From positions 33,556 through 97,555 of the forward strand of contig CAWBED010000018.1 in assembly GCA_963787685.1 (NCBI GenBank): 64,000 nucleotides of DNA, read 5' to 3'. A program made the translations under genes and the position numbers. The notes beneath the pieces are model-generated. The model was not told the origin of the DNA, did no database searches, and worked only from the letters and a program-made list of their open reading frames with translations. Within the stretch, counting starts at the first letter, position 1; every line of letters begins with the position of its first letter. Positions 1-10,074 of this stretch are shown one piece after another. Source of the stretch: an uncultured Acidobacteriota bacterium (GTDB lineage Bacteria > Acidobacteriota > Terriglobia > Terriglobales > Acidobacteriaceae).

Positions 1-281
1 AGCGGCTCGTGAAACATGGCGTTGATGCCATATTTCGAAAAGCGCATCGCTTCTTGTGCGCTGCCGCCGACGGCGTAAATGACGCAGCGGCTGTTGGAGC
101 GGGAGCTGCGCGCGGCTTCCATTACTTCTTCGGCGCCGTTGGAAAGGCTCAGCACGCAGGCCTCGAATTTTTCCTTGTGCAGGCGCTCAGCGGCATTGGC
201 CGTGACGGACACGGTATCGATTCCGAATTGCCGGAAGCACTCGTTCAGAAGAGAGCGGTGCGGATCGTTAAAGCCCACCAA
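1..281 (-). CDS. Partial CDS running off the window start: degenerate CheY-like receiver-domain protein
   Basis: My reverse-strand translation from TTG 281 / GTG 278 gives LVGFNDPHRSLLNECFRQFGIDTVSVTANAAERLHKEKFEACVLSLSNGAEEVMEAARSS...AMFHEP. The pattern is receiver-like, but the usual acceptor Asp and the conserved Lys positions are substituted. It is absent from the ORF track because no stop lies inside the window. Confidence 0.35.
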   Translation of the reverse strand, partial: MVGFNDPHRSLLNECFRQFGIDTVSVTANAAERLHKEKFEACVLSLSNGAEEVMEAARSSRSNSRCVIYAVGGSAQEAMRFSKYGINAMFHEP

Positions 282-632
282 GCGCGGCGCGGGCTGTGTT
301 CTTGCGTGGGAGGGCCAACGGAGCGAGAACGGCGGCGACAGATTTTTCCATCGTGAAAGCTTTATCCATAGTGAGGGGAAAGACTCCACTTTCGAAATCC
401 ATTGTGGCCGCAAGATGGAGTCGTGACAACGACCCAAAGGACAAACATGAAAAGGCCGAACGGACATTACTGATTTAAGCGCGTGTGAGAAAGGACATTA
501 CGGCGGAAAGCCGCGTGGGATCAAGGGTTTGGGGGAGGCAGCGCCTAAAGGCGATTACGTTTTGCGGAACGAAACAACATGCCTGAAGGCATGGCCTGAT
601 ACGAGTCGTGAATCGGTGGACGATTCGCAGCG

Positions 633-1916
633 TTATTCGGTCCAGCGGCGGAAGAGCAACGCGCCGTTGGTGCCGCCGAAGCCGAAGGAGTTCGACATGG
701 CGTATTCGACCTCGGCTTTGCGGGCTTGGTTGGGAACGAGGTCCATCCCGGCGGTGTCGGGATCGGGATTTTCGAGATTGATCGTCGGCGGCAGAATCTG
801 ATCGCGCAGAGCGAGCACGGTGATGCCGGCTTCGAGTCCACCAGCGCCGCCGAGAAGATGGCCTGTCATCGATTTTGTGGAACTGACCGCGATTTTGTGA
901 TCGCCGAAGAAATTGCGAATCGCGTGGGCTTCAAGCGTGTCGCCAATAGGCGTCGAAGTGCCGTGGGCGTTTACGTAGTTGACGACTTGCGGCGTCACCC
1001 CGGCGTCGCGCACCGCGTTGCGCATGACACGGAAGCCGCCTTCGTGCTCAGGCGCAGGTTGTGTCATGTGATATGCGTCGCCCGACATGCCATACCCGGC
1101 CACCTCGGCGAGGATGGGAGCGCCGCGCTTCCGGGCGTGCTCCAACTCTTCGAGAATCATGATCCCCGAGCCTTCGCCGATCACGAAGCCATCGCGCCCC
1201 TGATCCCACGGACGGCTGGCCTTTTCGGGATCGTCGTTGCGCGTGGAGAGCGCACGCATCGCGGCGAATCCACCGACACCCATGGGAGTGATTGCCGCTT
1301 CAGAGCCGCCGGCGATCATTACGTCGGCGTCGTTGTGCTGAATGATGCGGAAGGAATCTCCGATGGAGTGCGCGCTGGTGGTGCAGGCCGTCGCCGTCGC
1401 TTCGTTTGGCCCCTTGGCGCCAAAACGCATGGAAACCTGGCCGGCGGCAAGGTTGATGATGGCCGCCGGAATGAAGAAGGGAGAAATCTTGCGTGGTCCG
1501 CCTTCGAGCAGAGCGCTGTGCTCACGCTCGATGATGTCGAATCCACCGATCCCGGAGCCGATGTGCACGCCTACGCGTTCGTCGTTCTCTGGGGTGATTT
1601 TCAGTTCCGACATCTTCATCGCTTCATCCGAGGCGGCAAGCGCCAGGTGAATAAAGCGCGCCATTTTTTTCATTTCCTTCTTTTCGACGTAGTTCAGAGG
1701 GTCGAAGTTTTTGACCTCGGCAGCGATCTGGCAGGCGAAAGCGCTGGCGTCGAAGCCGGTGATGCGTCCCACACCGCTCCGGCCTTCCAGCACGGCCTTC
1801 CACACGTCGCCGGTGGAATTGCCCACGCCGCAGATCAAGCCGAGGCCTGTAACTACGACCCTGCGTCCCAAACTATTTCCCCGCCTTTGCGTGCTTGCCG
1901 ATGTAGTCGACGGCAT
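633..1916 (-). CDS. fabF: Beta-ketoacyl-ACP synthase II
   Basis: 427 aa ORF with [10 protein letters not shown]-terminus, active-site region [21 protein letters not shown] and [15 protein letters not shown]. It lies directly downstream of acpP. The ATG at 1916 overlaps acpP by 44 nt, so a TTG at 1871 just after the acpP stop is the more likely start. Confidence 0.95.
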   Translation of the reverse strand: MPSTTSASTQRRGNSLGRRVVVTGLGLICGVGNSTGDVWKAVLEGRSGVGRITGFDASAFACQIAAEVKNFDPLNYVEKKEMKKMARFIHLALAASDEAMKMSELKITPENDERVGVHIGSGIGGFDIIEREHSALLEGGPRKISPFFIPAAIINLAAGQVSMRFGAKGPNEATATACTTSAHSIGDSFRIIQHNDADVMIAGGSEAAITPMGVGGFAAMRALSTRNDDPEKASRPWDQGRDGFVIGEGSGIMILEELEHARKRGAPILAEVAGYGMSGDAYHMTQPAPEHEGGFRVMRNAVRDAGVTPQVVNYVNAHGTSTPIGDTLEAHAIRNFFGDHKIAVSSTKSMTGHLLGGAGGLEAGITVLALRDQILPPTINLENPDPDTAGMDLVPNQARKAEVEYAMSNSFGFGGTNGALLFRRWTE

Positions 1917-2118
1917 CCTGCACGGTGCGAATCTTCTCAGCGTCTTCGTCGGGAATTTCGATGTCGAAGGCTTCTTCGAACGCCATAACCAGTTCGACGG
2001 TGTCGAGCGAGTCGGCGCCCAGATCGTCTACGAACGATGCACTCGATGTGACTTCGCCTTCATCCACGCCCAACTGCTCCACGATAATCTGCTTTACCTT
2101 CTCGTCAACGGCTGCCAT
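1873..2118 (-). CDS. acpP: Acyl carrier protein
   Basis: 81 aa with the [17 protein letters not shown] phosphopantetheine-attachment motif. Sits upstream of fabF. Confidence 0.95.
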   Translation of the reverse strand: MAAVDEKVKQIIVEQLGVDEGEVTSSASFVDDLGADSLDTVELVMAFEEAFDIEIPDEDAEKIRTVQDAVDYIGKHAKAGK

Positions 2119-2539
2119 GTTTCTCCTCGCTTGCCTCGATTAGATTTGAATTCGGTACTTTTGGTCGCGCAATCGTCATCTTTGTCGTTCGTCGTTGGTC
2201 ATTCGCCGCGTCTGTCAGCGGCCGATAGTCGGCCAGTCACGACGGGTTTATCGGTTCGGGCCTCGGCCCTCCACCTCTTGCTACTGCTTACGCACTGCGG
2301 TACGAAAAAAGGCGAGTGTGTAGTGTAATTGTCTCGGTGAATTAGTGTAAAGGAAGGGCCATGCTGCTTCCGGCAAATCCTCTGTTAACTTGGGATTGCA
2401 CACTTGAATCCTAATGGTTGGCCGTTGCCGGGGTCAAACGTCGGGCCGGGCGGGTGCGGCCAAAATTCTTAACCACAAAGGGCAGGAAGTTTCACGAAAG
2501 AAACGCCTATGCTTAGGTCGATCGCGCTCGAGGAATGAT

Positions 2540-2989
2540 ATGCGTGCCGTCGTGCAGCGCGTGAGCCGCGCCAAAGTTACGGTGAACGAATGGATTGCCG
2601 GCGAGATCGGCATGGGATTGCTCGTGCTGTTGGGAGTAGGGCAGGCGGATACCGAGGCGGACGTGAGTTATCTGGCGGAGAAGATCGCGGGCCTGCGCAT
2701 TTTTGAAGATGATGACGGAAAGATGAATCGCAGCGTGCGTGAAGTTGGCGGCAGCGTGCTGGCGGTTTCGCAGTTCACGTTGTATGGGGATGTGAGGCGG
2801 GGCAAGCGTCCTTCGTTTGACGACGCGGCGCCACCGGATCACGCTCGCCGGTTGTATGAACTCTTCGTGGAGCGCATTCGCGCCGCCGGTCTGCGCTGCG
2901 AGACCGGGCGCTTTCAGGAGATGATGCAGGTGGAATTGGTGAACGAGGGGCCGGTGACGATTTTGCTGGATTCGGGGAAGGCGTTCTAG
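2540..2989 (+). CDS. dtd: D-aminoacyl-tRNA deacylase
   Basis: [15 protein letters not shown]...GLLVLLGV...[15 protein letters not shown]...[23 protein letters not shown]. The internal ATG at 2540 is chosen because the upstream 42 codons of ORF 2414..2989 are not conserved-looking. Confidence 0.9.
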   Translation: MRAVVQRVSRAKVTVNEWIAGEIGMGLLVLLGVGQADTEADVSYLAEKIAGLRIFEDDDGKMNRSVREVGGSVLAVSQFTLYGDVRRGKRPSFDDAAPPDHARRLYELFVERIRAAGLRCETGRFQEMMQVELVNEGPVTILLDSGKAF

Positions 2990-3071
2990 AGTTCCTCATC
3001 GCCATCCTGAATCTCAAAGACGCGGCTTCGGTTATCATCAAGATTCATGAAGAATCATTCAGGAGAAATCT

Positions 3072-3533
3072 ATGTCCGCAACCGTTGGAGCTGCCGCACC
3101 CGATTTCACGCTCAAAGATCAGAACCAGCAGGATGTCGCGCTGAGCAGTTTCCGGGGCAAGAAACGCGTCGTCATCGTTTTCTATCCGCTCGACTGGAGC
3201 CCGGTCTGCACGAAAGAGCACGCCTGCTTCGTAAACGACATGAAGAGGTTCGACCAGTTGGACGCTCAGGTTCTCGGCCTCAGTGTCGACAGCGTGTGGT
3301 CGCATAAAGCGTACGCCGAAAAAATGGGCATCCACTATCCTCTGCTCGCGGACTTTCAGCCTCGGGGTGCGGTGGCGCAGAAATACGGTGTTTTTCTGGA
3401 AGAGAAGGGGATCACGGGACGCGCGATTTCCATCATCGATAAGGATGGAAAGCTGGCGTGGCACAAGAACTACGACATCCCCGTCGTACCCGGAGTGGAT
3501 GAAGTCGCGAAGGCTTTAGAAAGCGTGAAGTGA
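3072..3533 (+). CDS. Peroxiredoxin (AhpC/TSA family, AhpE/Bcp-like)
   Basis: APDFTLKDQ...VVIVFYPLDWSPVCTKE peroxidatic-Cys motif. 153 aa. AGGAGA ribosome-binding site upstream. Confidence 0.9.
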   Translation: MSATVGAAAPDFTLKDQNQQDVALSSFRGKKRVVIVFYPLDWSPVCTKEHACFVNDMKRFDQLDAQVLGLSVDSVWSHKAYAEKMGIHYPLLADFQPRGAVAQKYGVFLEEKGITGRAISIIDKDGKLAWHKNYDIPVVPGVDEVAKALESVK

Positions 3534-3538
3534 GCGCG

Positions 3539-4921
3539 TCAGAACAACACGGCTGACAGGTTCTGCTCGATGTATTTCTTGCTGTCAAATTTCTTGCCGG
3601 TGCTCGCGCCGGACATGTAACGAATCTGTCCAAAGATCGACCGCTCGAACCAGGGGCGGTCGAATTTTCCTACAATCGCCCAGGCGATTCCGGCATAGCC
3701 GTTCGGATCGCGGCCATCGAGTTCGTATTTGTCATTCAGATAAACGGCGATGCGGTGGGCTTCGGCCGGAGTGCGGCTCCACTCCAGAATCTTCTTCGCC
3801 CAATACATCCGCACATAGTTGTGCATCCATCCCGTGTTGACCATCTGCATTTGAGCAGCGTTCCATAGTGGATCGTGCGTTTCGGCGTGCTCCAGTTGGT
3901 TCTCGCTGTACAAAACGGGGCGTAGATCCTTCGCATGCTTGGCCAGCGTGCGGTGCGCCCAAGGCTCGGCGCACTCGAAGTTGTCGTAGTTCGGATTGAA
4001 GCGAACCAGGTTCACCGACAATTCCCGCCAAGTGATGATCTGATTCAGGAAGGCTTCTTTGTCGGCCTTGGGTGCGTCGGATTTTTCGACGGCCAGAGCG
4101 ACCGTGATCGGACTGATATGGCCGAAATGCAAATACGGTGAGAGCCGGCTGGTGTGGTCGACTTCGGGCTTGTTTCGCTGCGTGCCGTAGCCGCGCAGCT
4201 TGTGTTCGACAAAATCCCGTAGCAGGCGAAATGCTTCGAACGTTCCACCACGCCAGTTCGAGACCGGAGAAACAGAGCGATCGAGTTGCCAGCCTTCGGT
4301 GATGTCAGTCGCTGGATCGAGCGAAATGAGACCCGCGGGCTTTTTCCAGGCGAGATGCGCCTGGGGGTTCTCCGACGGGACCAGATACATTTTCAATTGG
4401 GCCTGCAACCGTGGACGAATCGTGTGCGCCGCATATTGCGCTTTTTCCAGCAGCTTTGACGGGACGATCACATCGGCGTCGACGGTCCACAGCGGCACTG
4501 TGAGTCTCTTGGCTGCCGTTTGCCGCCAGCCTTCGGGCTCGCGCATGGGATTTTCGTCGCCGACGACCAGTACAGCTTTCACTTCGTCGCAGAATTTCGC
4601 CAGGCTATGGTCAGGGTAGCGACGGAGAACAAATCCGACATTGCGTTTTTTCAACGCATCCGCGATATCGGCAATGCCTTCATTCAGAAACCGATAATGC
4701 CGCAGGTTGGCGTGGGGATAGAAAGGCACCGGGGCGAAGAACACAACCACCGGCTTGCCCAGAATATTAGCGGCTTCCACGGCGACATCGAGCGCAGGAT
4801 TATCGATGCCGCGCTGGGCGTGCTGCATCCAGTAGACGACGCACGCACCGTCGAGATCAGGAGGGCCAGCTCTCCGTACAGTGACTCTAGCGTCGGCCGA
4901 TAGCTTGATCAGAGAATCCAT
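3539..4921 (-). CDS. phr: Deoxyribodipyrimidine photolyase, class II type
   Basis: 460 aa. N-terminal VVYWMQHAQRGIDNPAL, SRLSPYLHFGHISP, and C-terminal MHNYVRMYWAKKILEW...DGRDPNGYAGIAWAIVG pattern typical of class II CPD photolyases. Confidence 0.85.
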   Translation of the reverse strand: MDSLIKLSADARVTVRRAGPPDLDGACVVYWMQHAQRGIDNPALDVAVEAANILGKPVVVFFAPVPFYPHANLRHYRFLNEGIADIADALKKRNVGFVLRRYPDHSLAKFCDEVKAVLVVGDENPMREPEGWRQTAAKRLTVPLWTVDADVIVPSKLLEKAQYAAHTIRPRLQAQLKMYLVPSENPQAHLAWKKPAGLISLDPATDITEGWQLDRSVSPVSNWRGGTFEAFRLLRDFVEHKLRGYGTQRNKPEVDHTSRLSPYLHFGHISPITVALAVEKSDAPKADKEAFLNQIITWRELSVNLVRFNPNYDNFECAEPWAHRTLAKHAKDLRPVLYSENQLEHAETHDPLWNAAQMQMVNTGWMHNYVRMYWAKKILEWSRTPAEAHRIAVYLNDKYELDGRDPNGYAGIAWAIVGKFDRPWFERSIFGQIRYMSGASTGKKFDSKKYIEQNLSAVLF

Positions 4922-5072
4922 AACGAGTGATCGGGAGACCTCTCCATCTCCCTACTAAAAATAGTGTGCGGCCCAAGGCAGCCCGCAGTGCTGTGGATTG
5001 GCAGATTAGGTCTTGCCGCCCTCTCGTAGCAGGAAAATAAGCGAGAATATTTTTCCTGAAATGAAAAGTTGG

Positions 5073-6005
5073 TCAGTACGCGCGCGAGATCGCGTCGGCA
5101 ACTCTGGCAGACTCGACCGCTGCTTTCACATCGTGCGTACGGATGATGTGGGCGCCTTTGAGAATCAGCGCCGTCTGAGCGGCAAGCGTGCCATAAAGGC
5201 GGCGCTCGGGAGGGACATCCTGCCCAGCCTGCGCAAGAGTTCGGCCGATGAAGGACTTGCGGGAAGCGCCCGCCAGAAGCGGAAATCCCGCGGATTGCAG
5301 CTCGCCGAAGCGGGCCATCAGAGGATAGTTCTCGTCGAAACTTTTCCCGAAGCCGAAGCCCGGGTCAAGCACAATGCGCTCACGGCGAACCCCTGCCAGC
5401 ACCGCTTTTTCGGCCCATTCCTTCAGCTCACGCTTCACCAACAAAACAACGTCTCCCGCCGGAGGGAGTGTCCGCCACTCTTCCGGACGCCCGCGCATGT
5501 GCATCAAAACGGCCCCGCATTTCAGATCTGCGACGGTGCGGGTCATCTGCGGGTCCCAACGAAACCCGCTAACGTCGTTGACGATCTCAGCGCCCGCGCC
5601 AACCGCGGCCCGGGCCACGGCTGCTTTGTAGGTATCAACTGAGATAAGCGCCGTGGGATGTTTCTTTTTTAACTCCGCAATCACCGGGATCACGCGCTTG
5701 AGTTCTTCGTCGGCCGTGACGGCGGGCGCGGCCTGCTTTGTGGACGGAGAGTGTTTTGCATCTGAACTCCGCGGCGCTCCGGTTTCAACGCGTGCTCCCG
5801 GTCGCGTGGATTCGCCGCCAACATCAATGATGTCGGCTCCCTCGTCGAGCAGACGCTCCGCCTGTTCGACAGCTTTGTCCCGGTCGAGAAACTGGCCGCC
5901 ATCGGAAAACGAATCCGGCGTGACGTTGACCACGCCCATGATTAGCGTGCGCTTGCCGAGTTCCAGCGAGCGCGAGCCGAGATTCCATTGGAAGACCGAC
6001 CTCAT
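5073..6005 (-). CDS. folP: Dihydropteroate synthase
   Basis: LIMGVVNVTPDSFSDGG, DIIDVGGESTRPG, ISVDTYK, IVNDVSG, DPGFGFGK and SRKSFIG motifs. Carries a short low-complexity insertion (ETGAPRSSDAKHSPSTKQAAPAV). Confidence 0.93.
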   Translation of the reverse strand: MRSVFQWNLGSRSLELGKRTLIMGVVNVTPDSFSDGGQFLDRDKAVEQAERLLDEGADIIDVGGESTRPGARVETGAPRSSDAKHSPSTKQAAPAVTADEELKRVIPVIAELKKKHPTALISVDTYKAAVARAAVGAGAEIVNDVSGFRWDPQMTRTVADLKCGAVLMHMRGRPEEWRTLPPAGDVVLLVKRELKEWAEKAVLAGVRRERIVLDPGFGFGKSFDENYPLMARFGELQSAGFPLLAGASRKSFIGRTLAQAGQDVPPERRLYGTLAAQTALILKGAHIIRTHDVKAAVESARVADAISRAY

Positions 6006-6027
6006 GCGGGCACGATTCTAAACGACA

Positions 6028-6490
6028 TTACGGTTTCTCGATGATCCACTTCGTCATGAGATAGCGGGGATGATCTTCGAATCCCGAGCGCCGGTAGAGT
6101 TCGAGCGCAGGGTTGCCGTGATTGACCTCGAGGTGAACAACGGTGGCTCCGAGTTCTTTCGCCTGGGCTGCGAAGAATTCAAGAACTCGCGTGCCTATGC
6201 CTTGTCCGCGATACGTGCGGCGAACGAAGAATTCGTCGATCCAGGCGCCCCGGCCGCGGTATTCAAGGCTGTAGTCGAAGGCCATGACGATGTAGCCGAT
6301 GCGTTTGTCCGTCGGCAGCAATGAACCACACTCGGCCGAGCGACGGATCGCGCAGCAACCGTTCCGTGACGTTCGCAGCTTCGGCTTCGTTGAACGGCAC
6401 GGACCAGGGATCGTCCTTCTGCAGTTCCTTCATCATTGAGAGGAGCTCAGACAGGTTTCCAGGAAGCGCGGTTTGAAATGTGATCGGCAT
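6028..6490 (-). pseudogene. GNAT family N-acetyltransferase interrupted by an apparent 1-nt frameshift near 6305-6312
   Basis: The N-terminal half (MPITFQTALPGNLSELLSMMKEL...GRVWFIAADGQ) is in one frame. The acetyl-CoA core (KRIGYIVMAFDYSLEYRGRGAWIDEFFVRRTYRGQGIGTRVLEF...LEVNHGNPALELYRRSGF) continues in the frame one base later. Confidence 0.7.
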
Positions 6491-6515
6491 GCAGGTGGGG
6501 CGGGAGCGCGGAACT

Positions 6516-6947
6516 CTATCTGCGCCGGATAGCCGTCTTCCGCGCGCGGGCTCCATATGCGGCGCCGGGACCGGTTCCCTTCGGAGGCTTGCGCACTCCG
6601 TCGAGCAATTCCTTCAAAACGGCGGCATTGTTGTGGGTTTCGTTCTTCGAGGCGAAAAGGAGGGTGAGCCGTTTCTTCTTACGCGCCAGTTCGTAGAGCT
6701 GCCGCAACGCATCTTCGTATTCAGGCTGCGCGAGCTCCTTCAGATATTTGCTGCGGAAGGTCTGCCAATGATCCAAGTGCTCGTGATACCAGCGACGGAG
6801 TTCATTGGAAGGAGCCAGATCCCGGAGCCATTGATCGACAGCGGCGCGCTCCTTGGAGAGTCCGCGAGGCCATAGGCGGTCGACAAGAATTCTTGCCCCG
6901 TCCGTCCGTGCGGGCGGTTCATAGACGCGTTTGATGGCGACGGTCAT
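6516..6947 (-). CDS. DUF488 (YeaO-like) family protein
   Basis: MTVAIKRVYEPPARTDGARILVDRLWPRGLSKERAAVDQWLRDLAPSNELRRWY...LTLLFASKNETHNNA. ATG at 6947 chosen. Confidence 0.8.
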   Translation of the reverse strand: MTVAIKRVYEPPARTDGARILVDRLWPRGLSKERAAVDQWLRDLAPSNELRRWYHEHLDHWQTFRSKYLKELAQPEYEDALRQLYELARKKKRLTLLFASKNETHNNAAVLKELLDGVRKPPKGTGPGAAYGARARKTAIRRR

Positions 6948-7021
6948 GGGGGAGCGTGCGCTTTGCTCTATCATTGTAAAGCGGCGCGCAGAGCCGCGCA
7001 TCCTTGAGAGGCAAGGACTCA

Positions 7022-7432
7022 ATGCAATCGAAAGAAAGCAAGTGGCCCAGGCAGCTGAATACGATAAACGGTGCCGGGATTGTTCTAATTGCGCTGGTGG
7101 CGCTGGTCACACTGGCCGCAACGTCTGCGTGCGACGTCGAGCGTCGGAAGTCGGATGCGGAACTCGGGCTGAATCCGCAGCAATCAGCCGGCAGGAAAAT
7201 TTACGATGCCGAATGCGACCGCTGCCACGAACCGTATTCTTCACGCGGCAAGAAGGGTCCGAGTCTTAAAGGCGTGTTCCAGCACAAATATCTATCGCTC
7301 AGCGGACTGCCGGCCAACGACGAGCGTGTGACCGATATCGTCCGGCTCGGGCGCAACGAAATGCCGGGGTATAGCCAGAAGCTTAGCTCTCAGGATATTG
7401 AAGATTTGCTGGCTTACCTCCATACGTTATAA
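7022..7432 (+). CDS. Class I c-type cytochrome, probable lipoprotein
   Basis: Single CxxCH haem motif (ECDRCHE), a downstream Met region (GRNEMPGY), and an N-terminal hydrophobic segment ending LAATSAC (lipobox-like). Confidence 0.8.
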   Translation: MQSKESKWPRQLNTINGAGIVLIALVALVTLAATSACDVERRKSDAELGLNPQQSAGRKIYDAECDRCHEPYSSRGKKGPSLKGVFQHKYLSLSGLPANDERVTDIVRLGRNEMPGYSQKLSSQDIEDLLAYLHTL

Positions 7433-7482
7433 GGGCGGCGAATCGAAGGTCCGGCGCGGTTTTCATGGGATAATCCCCGAAG

Positions 7483-8961
7483 ATGAAGAGCGTGGCCAAA
7501 TCGGAGCTTTTTCGCGAGTTGCCTTCGGTCGACGAGTTGATCCGAACGCCGGCCGCGACGAACCTCGTCGACGCCCACGGAGCGGCCGCGGTCACGGATG
7601 CGGCCCGCTCGGTTTTGTCGCGGCTGCGCCAGGAAATTTCCTCGGGATTACTTGATGAACAGGCACTGCGACTTGCGTTGGGAGGAGTCACAGGTGCGAT
7701 CGAGAGTCAGCTTCGCCAGTCGCTCCGCCATTCCTTGCGCACGGTCATCAACGCGACTGGAGTCATTCTGCATACGAACCTTGGCCGGGCTCCGCTGGCG
7801 GAAGCGGCGCTGCAACACGTGCGCGAGACTGCCGGTCGTTACAGCAATCTTGAATTCAATGTCGAGACGGGAGAGCGGGGCAAGCGCGACGTTCACGTCG
7901 ACCGGCTATTCCAGAAACTACTGTCTGATGGCTTCCAGCAACATGTGGCGACGGCCGCCTCGGCCGTCCCGCAAGAACGCAGTTCTGGGGAACCTCAATA
8001 CGTCTCGACCATTGTGGTCAATAACAACGCTGCTGCGGTGCTGCTGGCACTCAACACGGTAGCCGAAGGTGGCGAGGTCATTGTCTCGCGGGGCGAACTG
8101 GTGGAGATCGGCGGATCGTTCCGCATTCCCGACGTGATGGCGAAATCGGGCGCGACGCTGCGGGAGGTCGGCACCACCAACCGTACGCGTGTCGGCGACT
8201 ACGAAAAGGCGATGAACGAACGAACGCGATTGCTGCTTCGCGTGCATCGTTCAAACTTTGAGATCACTGGATTCACCGAGCAGCCAACCACTGCGGAATT
8301 GGCGAAGCTGGCGCGGGACCGGAATGTGCCGCTGATGGAGGACCTGGGGAGCGGCGCGCTCGTCGATCTGCAGAATTTCGGCATCCAGGGCGAGTCCAGC
8401 GTTCTCGACAGCTTGCGGGCCGGCGTCGACGTTGTCACCTATAGCGGCGACAAGCTGCTGGGCGGACCGCAAGCCGGACTTCTGAGCGGTCGCCCCGATC
8501 TGATCGCGCGGATGCGCGCTAATTCGCTGTTCCGCGCGCTGAGAGTGGACAAGCTCACTTACGCGTCGCTGGAAGCCACGCTGCTTCTGTACGTCAAGCG
8601 CGACTACGACTCGATCCCAACTCTGAAGATGATGAGTTTGACGAAGGAAGAGATCGGCAGGCGCACGGAGACGCTGGCGGCACAAGTCCGGTCGGAGAAA
8701 TTCAACGTCGAAATCATCGACGGTGAATCTGTCATTGGCGGTGGAGCGGCACCGTCATCAGCATTGCCGACCCGGCTGCTAGCCTTGAGTCGGGACGGCG
8801 TCAGCGCGGATGAACTTGCTGCACGCCTCCGCGCTTCTGATCCGCCGATCATTGCCCGCGTGGAAGAAGGACGAGTCTTGCTGGACCTGCGGACCGTTTT
8901 CCCAGACGAAGAACCGCTGATCGCGGCCGCCCTCCATGTATCGATAGCCCGTATCGGATAG
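7483..8961 (+). CDS. selA: L-seryl-tRNA(Sec) selenium transferase
   Basis: 492 aa with INATGVILHTNLGRAPL, VVNNNAAAVLLAL, GTTNRTRVGDYE and YSGDKLLGGPQAG (PLP lysine region). Has an extra segment of about 25 aa (GFQQHVATAASAVPQERSSGEPQYVS) before the VVNNNAAA motif. Confidence 0.9.
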   Translation: MKSVAKSELFRELPSVDELIRTPAATNLVDAHGAAAVTDAARSVLSRLRQEISSGLLDEQALRLALGGVTGAIESQLRQSLRHSLRTVINATGVILHTNLGRAPLAEAALQHVRETAGRYSNLEFNVETGERGKRDVHVDRLFQKLLSDGFQQHVATAASAVPQERSSGEPQYVSTIVVNNNAAAVLLALNTVAEGGEVIVSRGELVEIGGSFRIPDVMAKSGATLREVGTTNRTRVGDYEKAMNERTRLLLRVHRSNFEITGFTEQPTTAELAKLARDRNVPLMEDLGSGALVDLQNFGIQGESSVLDSLRAGVDVVTYSGDKLLGGPQAGLLSGRPDLIARMRANSLFRALRVDKLTYASLEATLLLYVKRDYDSIPTLKMMSLTKEEIGRRTETLAAQVRSEKFNVEIIDGESVIGGGAAPSSALPTRLLALSRDGVSADELAARLRASDPPIIARVEEGRVLLDLRTVFPDEEPLIAAALHVSIARIG

Positions 8962-8997
8962 CCCCGCATCGGATAGCACCCCTTTTGCATCGAAGTC

Positions 8998-9531
8998 GTG
9001 TTGGCCACTGTCTACACTATCGGGCATTCCACGCGCACATTGGATGAGTTGATCTCCGCGTTGCAGGCGCACCGGATCGAGACTCTCGTCGATATCCGCG
9101 CCTTTCCTATGTCGCGCCGCCTGCCTCAATTCAATCGCAGTTCTCTGGAAGAAACTCTGCCCGCGGCTGGAATTCGCTACGTCTGGATGAAGACGCTCGG
9201 TGGATATCGCAAGAAGACCCTTGATGAGTCGCCCAACATCGCTTTGCGCAACCAAAGTTTCCGGAACTACGCCGATTACATGTTCACGCCGGAGTTCGAG
9301 CAGGCCGCGTCGGAGCTTGTGGGGCTGGCCGAGCAATCTCGGACCGCGTATATGTGCGCGGAACGTTCGTTTTTCCAGTGCCATCGCCGGTTGGTTTCTG
9401 ACTGGCTCGTCGCTCATGGACATGAAGTGCTGCACATCGACGGCACCGGTCCGCTAAAGCCGCATGAGATGACGGCCGAGGCTCGCATGGTCGACGGGCG
9501 CTTGCTCTATCGCGGCGACCGCTTGCTGTAA
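8998..9531 (+). CDS. DUF488 family protein (second paralog)
   Basis: VYTIGHSTRTLDELISALQAHRIETLVDIRAFPMSRR.PQFN...AYMCAERSFFQCHRRLVSDWL. Confidence 0.8.
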   Translation: MLATVYTIGHSTRTLDELISALQAHRIETLVDIRAFPMSRRLPQFNRSSLEETLPAAGIRYVWMKTLGGYRKKTLDESPNIALRNQSFRNYADYMFTPEFEQAASELVGLAEQSRTAYMCAERSFFQCHRRLVSDWLVAHGHEVLHIDGTGPLKPHEMTAEARMVDGRLLYRGDRLL

Positions 9532-9551
9532 GATTCAGGGCCGAGGACGAA

Positions 9552-9929
9552 ATGATAGTAGGCACAGGTATCGATATCGCAGAGGTCCCCCGCATTCGCC
9601 AGTCAATCGAGCGCTTCGGGCAGCGCTTCCTCGATCGCATTTACACGCAAGGGGAAATGCGCTATTGCGACTCAAAGGCGAATCGCTACGAGCGCTATGC
9701 GGCGCGCTTCGCGGCGAAAGAGGCTGCGATGAAGGCGCTCGGCACGGGATGGAATCACGGTGTTCGCTGGCGGGACTGTGAGGTTACACGCATGCCTGGG
9801 GGACGTCCGACGATGACGTTTCACGGCAAAGCCGGAGAGTTCGCCGCCAAGTTGGGAGTTAAGAATGCCGCGCTGTCGATCACGCACACAGCGGAACAAG
9901 CGATTGCGCAGGTGATTCTCGAGAGTTAG
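9552..9929 (+). CDS. acpS: Holo-ACP synthase (4'-phosphopantetheinyl transferase)
   Basis: MIVGTGIDIAEVPRI...RFAAKEAAMKALGTG...SITHT. 125 aa. Confidence 0.9.
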   Translation: MIVGTGIDIAEVPRIRQSIERFGQRFLDRIYTQGEMRYCDSKANRYERYAARFAAKEAAMKALGTGWNHGVRWRDCEVTRMPGGRPTMTFHGKAGEFAAKLGVKNAALSITHTAEQAIAQVILES

Positions 9930-10074
9930 AGCGCTCTTCGCCATCTGGTGTCAAACTCTCACCACCAAGGTCACGAAGATTCACGAAGGAGAACCTTTCG
10001 CCATCCGGATTCTGATCGGCACGCCGCCCAATTCTTCGGCGGCCATCTGCTAGACTGTCGCCTTCGATCCCATT

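Noticed and set aside
282-467. Extension of the first partial minus-strand CDS up to the ATG at 467
   Set aside because: The frame is open, but the extra 60 residues (MSVRPFHVCPLGRCHDSILRPQWISKVESFPSLWIKLSRWKNLSPPF...) are Trp/Ser/Pro-rich and not protein-like. The receiver-like domain starts at about 281.
1872-1916. fabF ATG start at 1916, overlapping acpP by 44 nt
   Set aside because: The overlapped codons ([15 protein letters not shown]) are not FabF-like. A TTG at 1871 directly after the acpP stop gives the usual [12 protein letters not shown]-terminus. The longer coordinates are kept in the feature table only to match the ORF track.
726-1988. 420-aa plus-strand ORF covering the fabF locus
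   Set aside because: It is antisense to an unmistakable fabF. Its Arg/Gly/His-rich composition is typical of mirror-frame ORFs in GC-rich DNA, and it has no motifs.
7004-9531. Selenoprotein gene or SECIS next to selA, or TGA-interrupted ORFs elsewhere
   Set aside because: I found no ORF pair in this window joined by an in-frame TGA with conserved sequence on both sides. The four split genes are frame changes, not TGA read-through.
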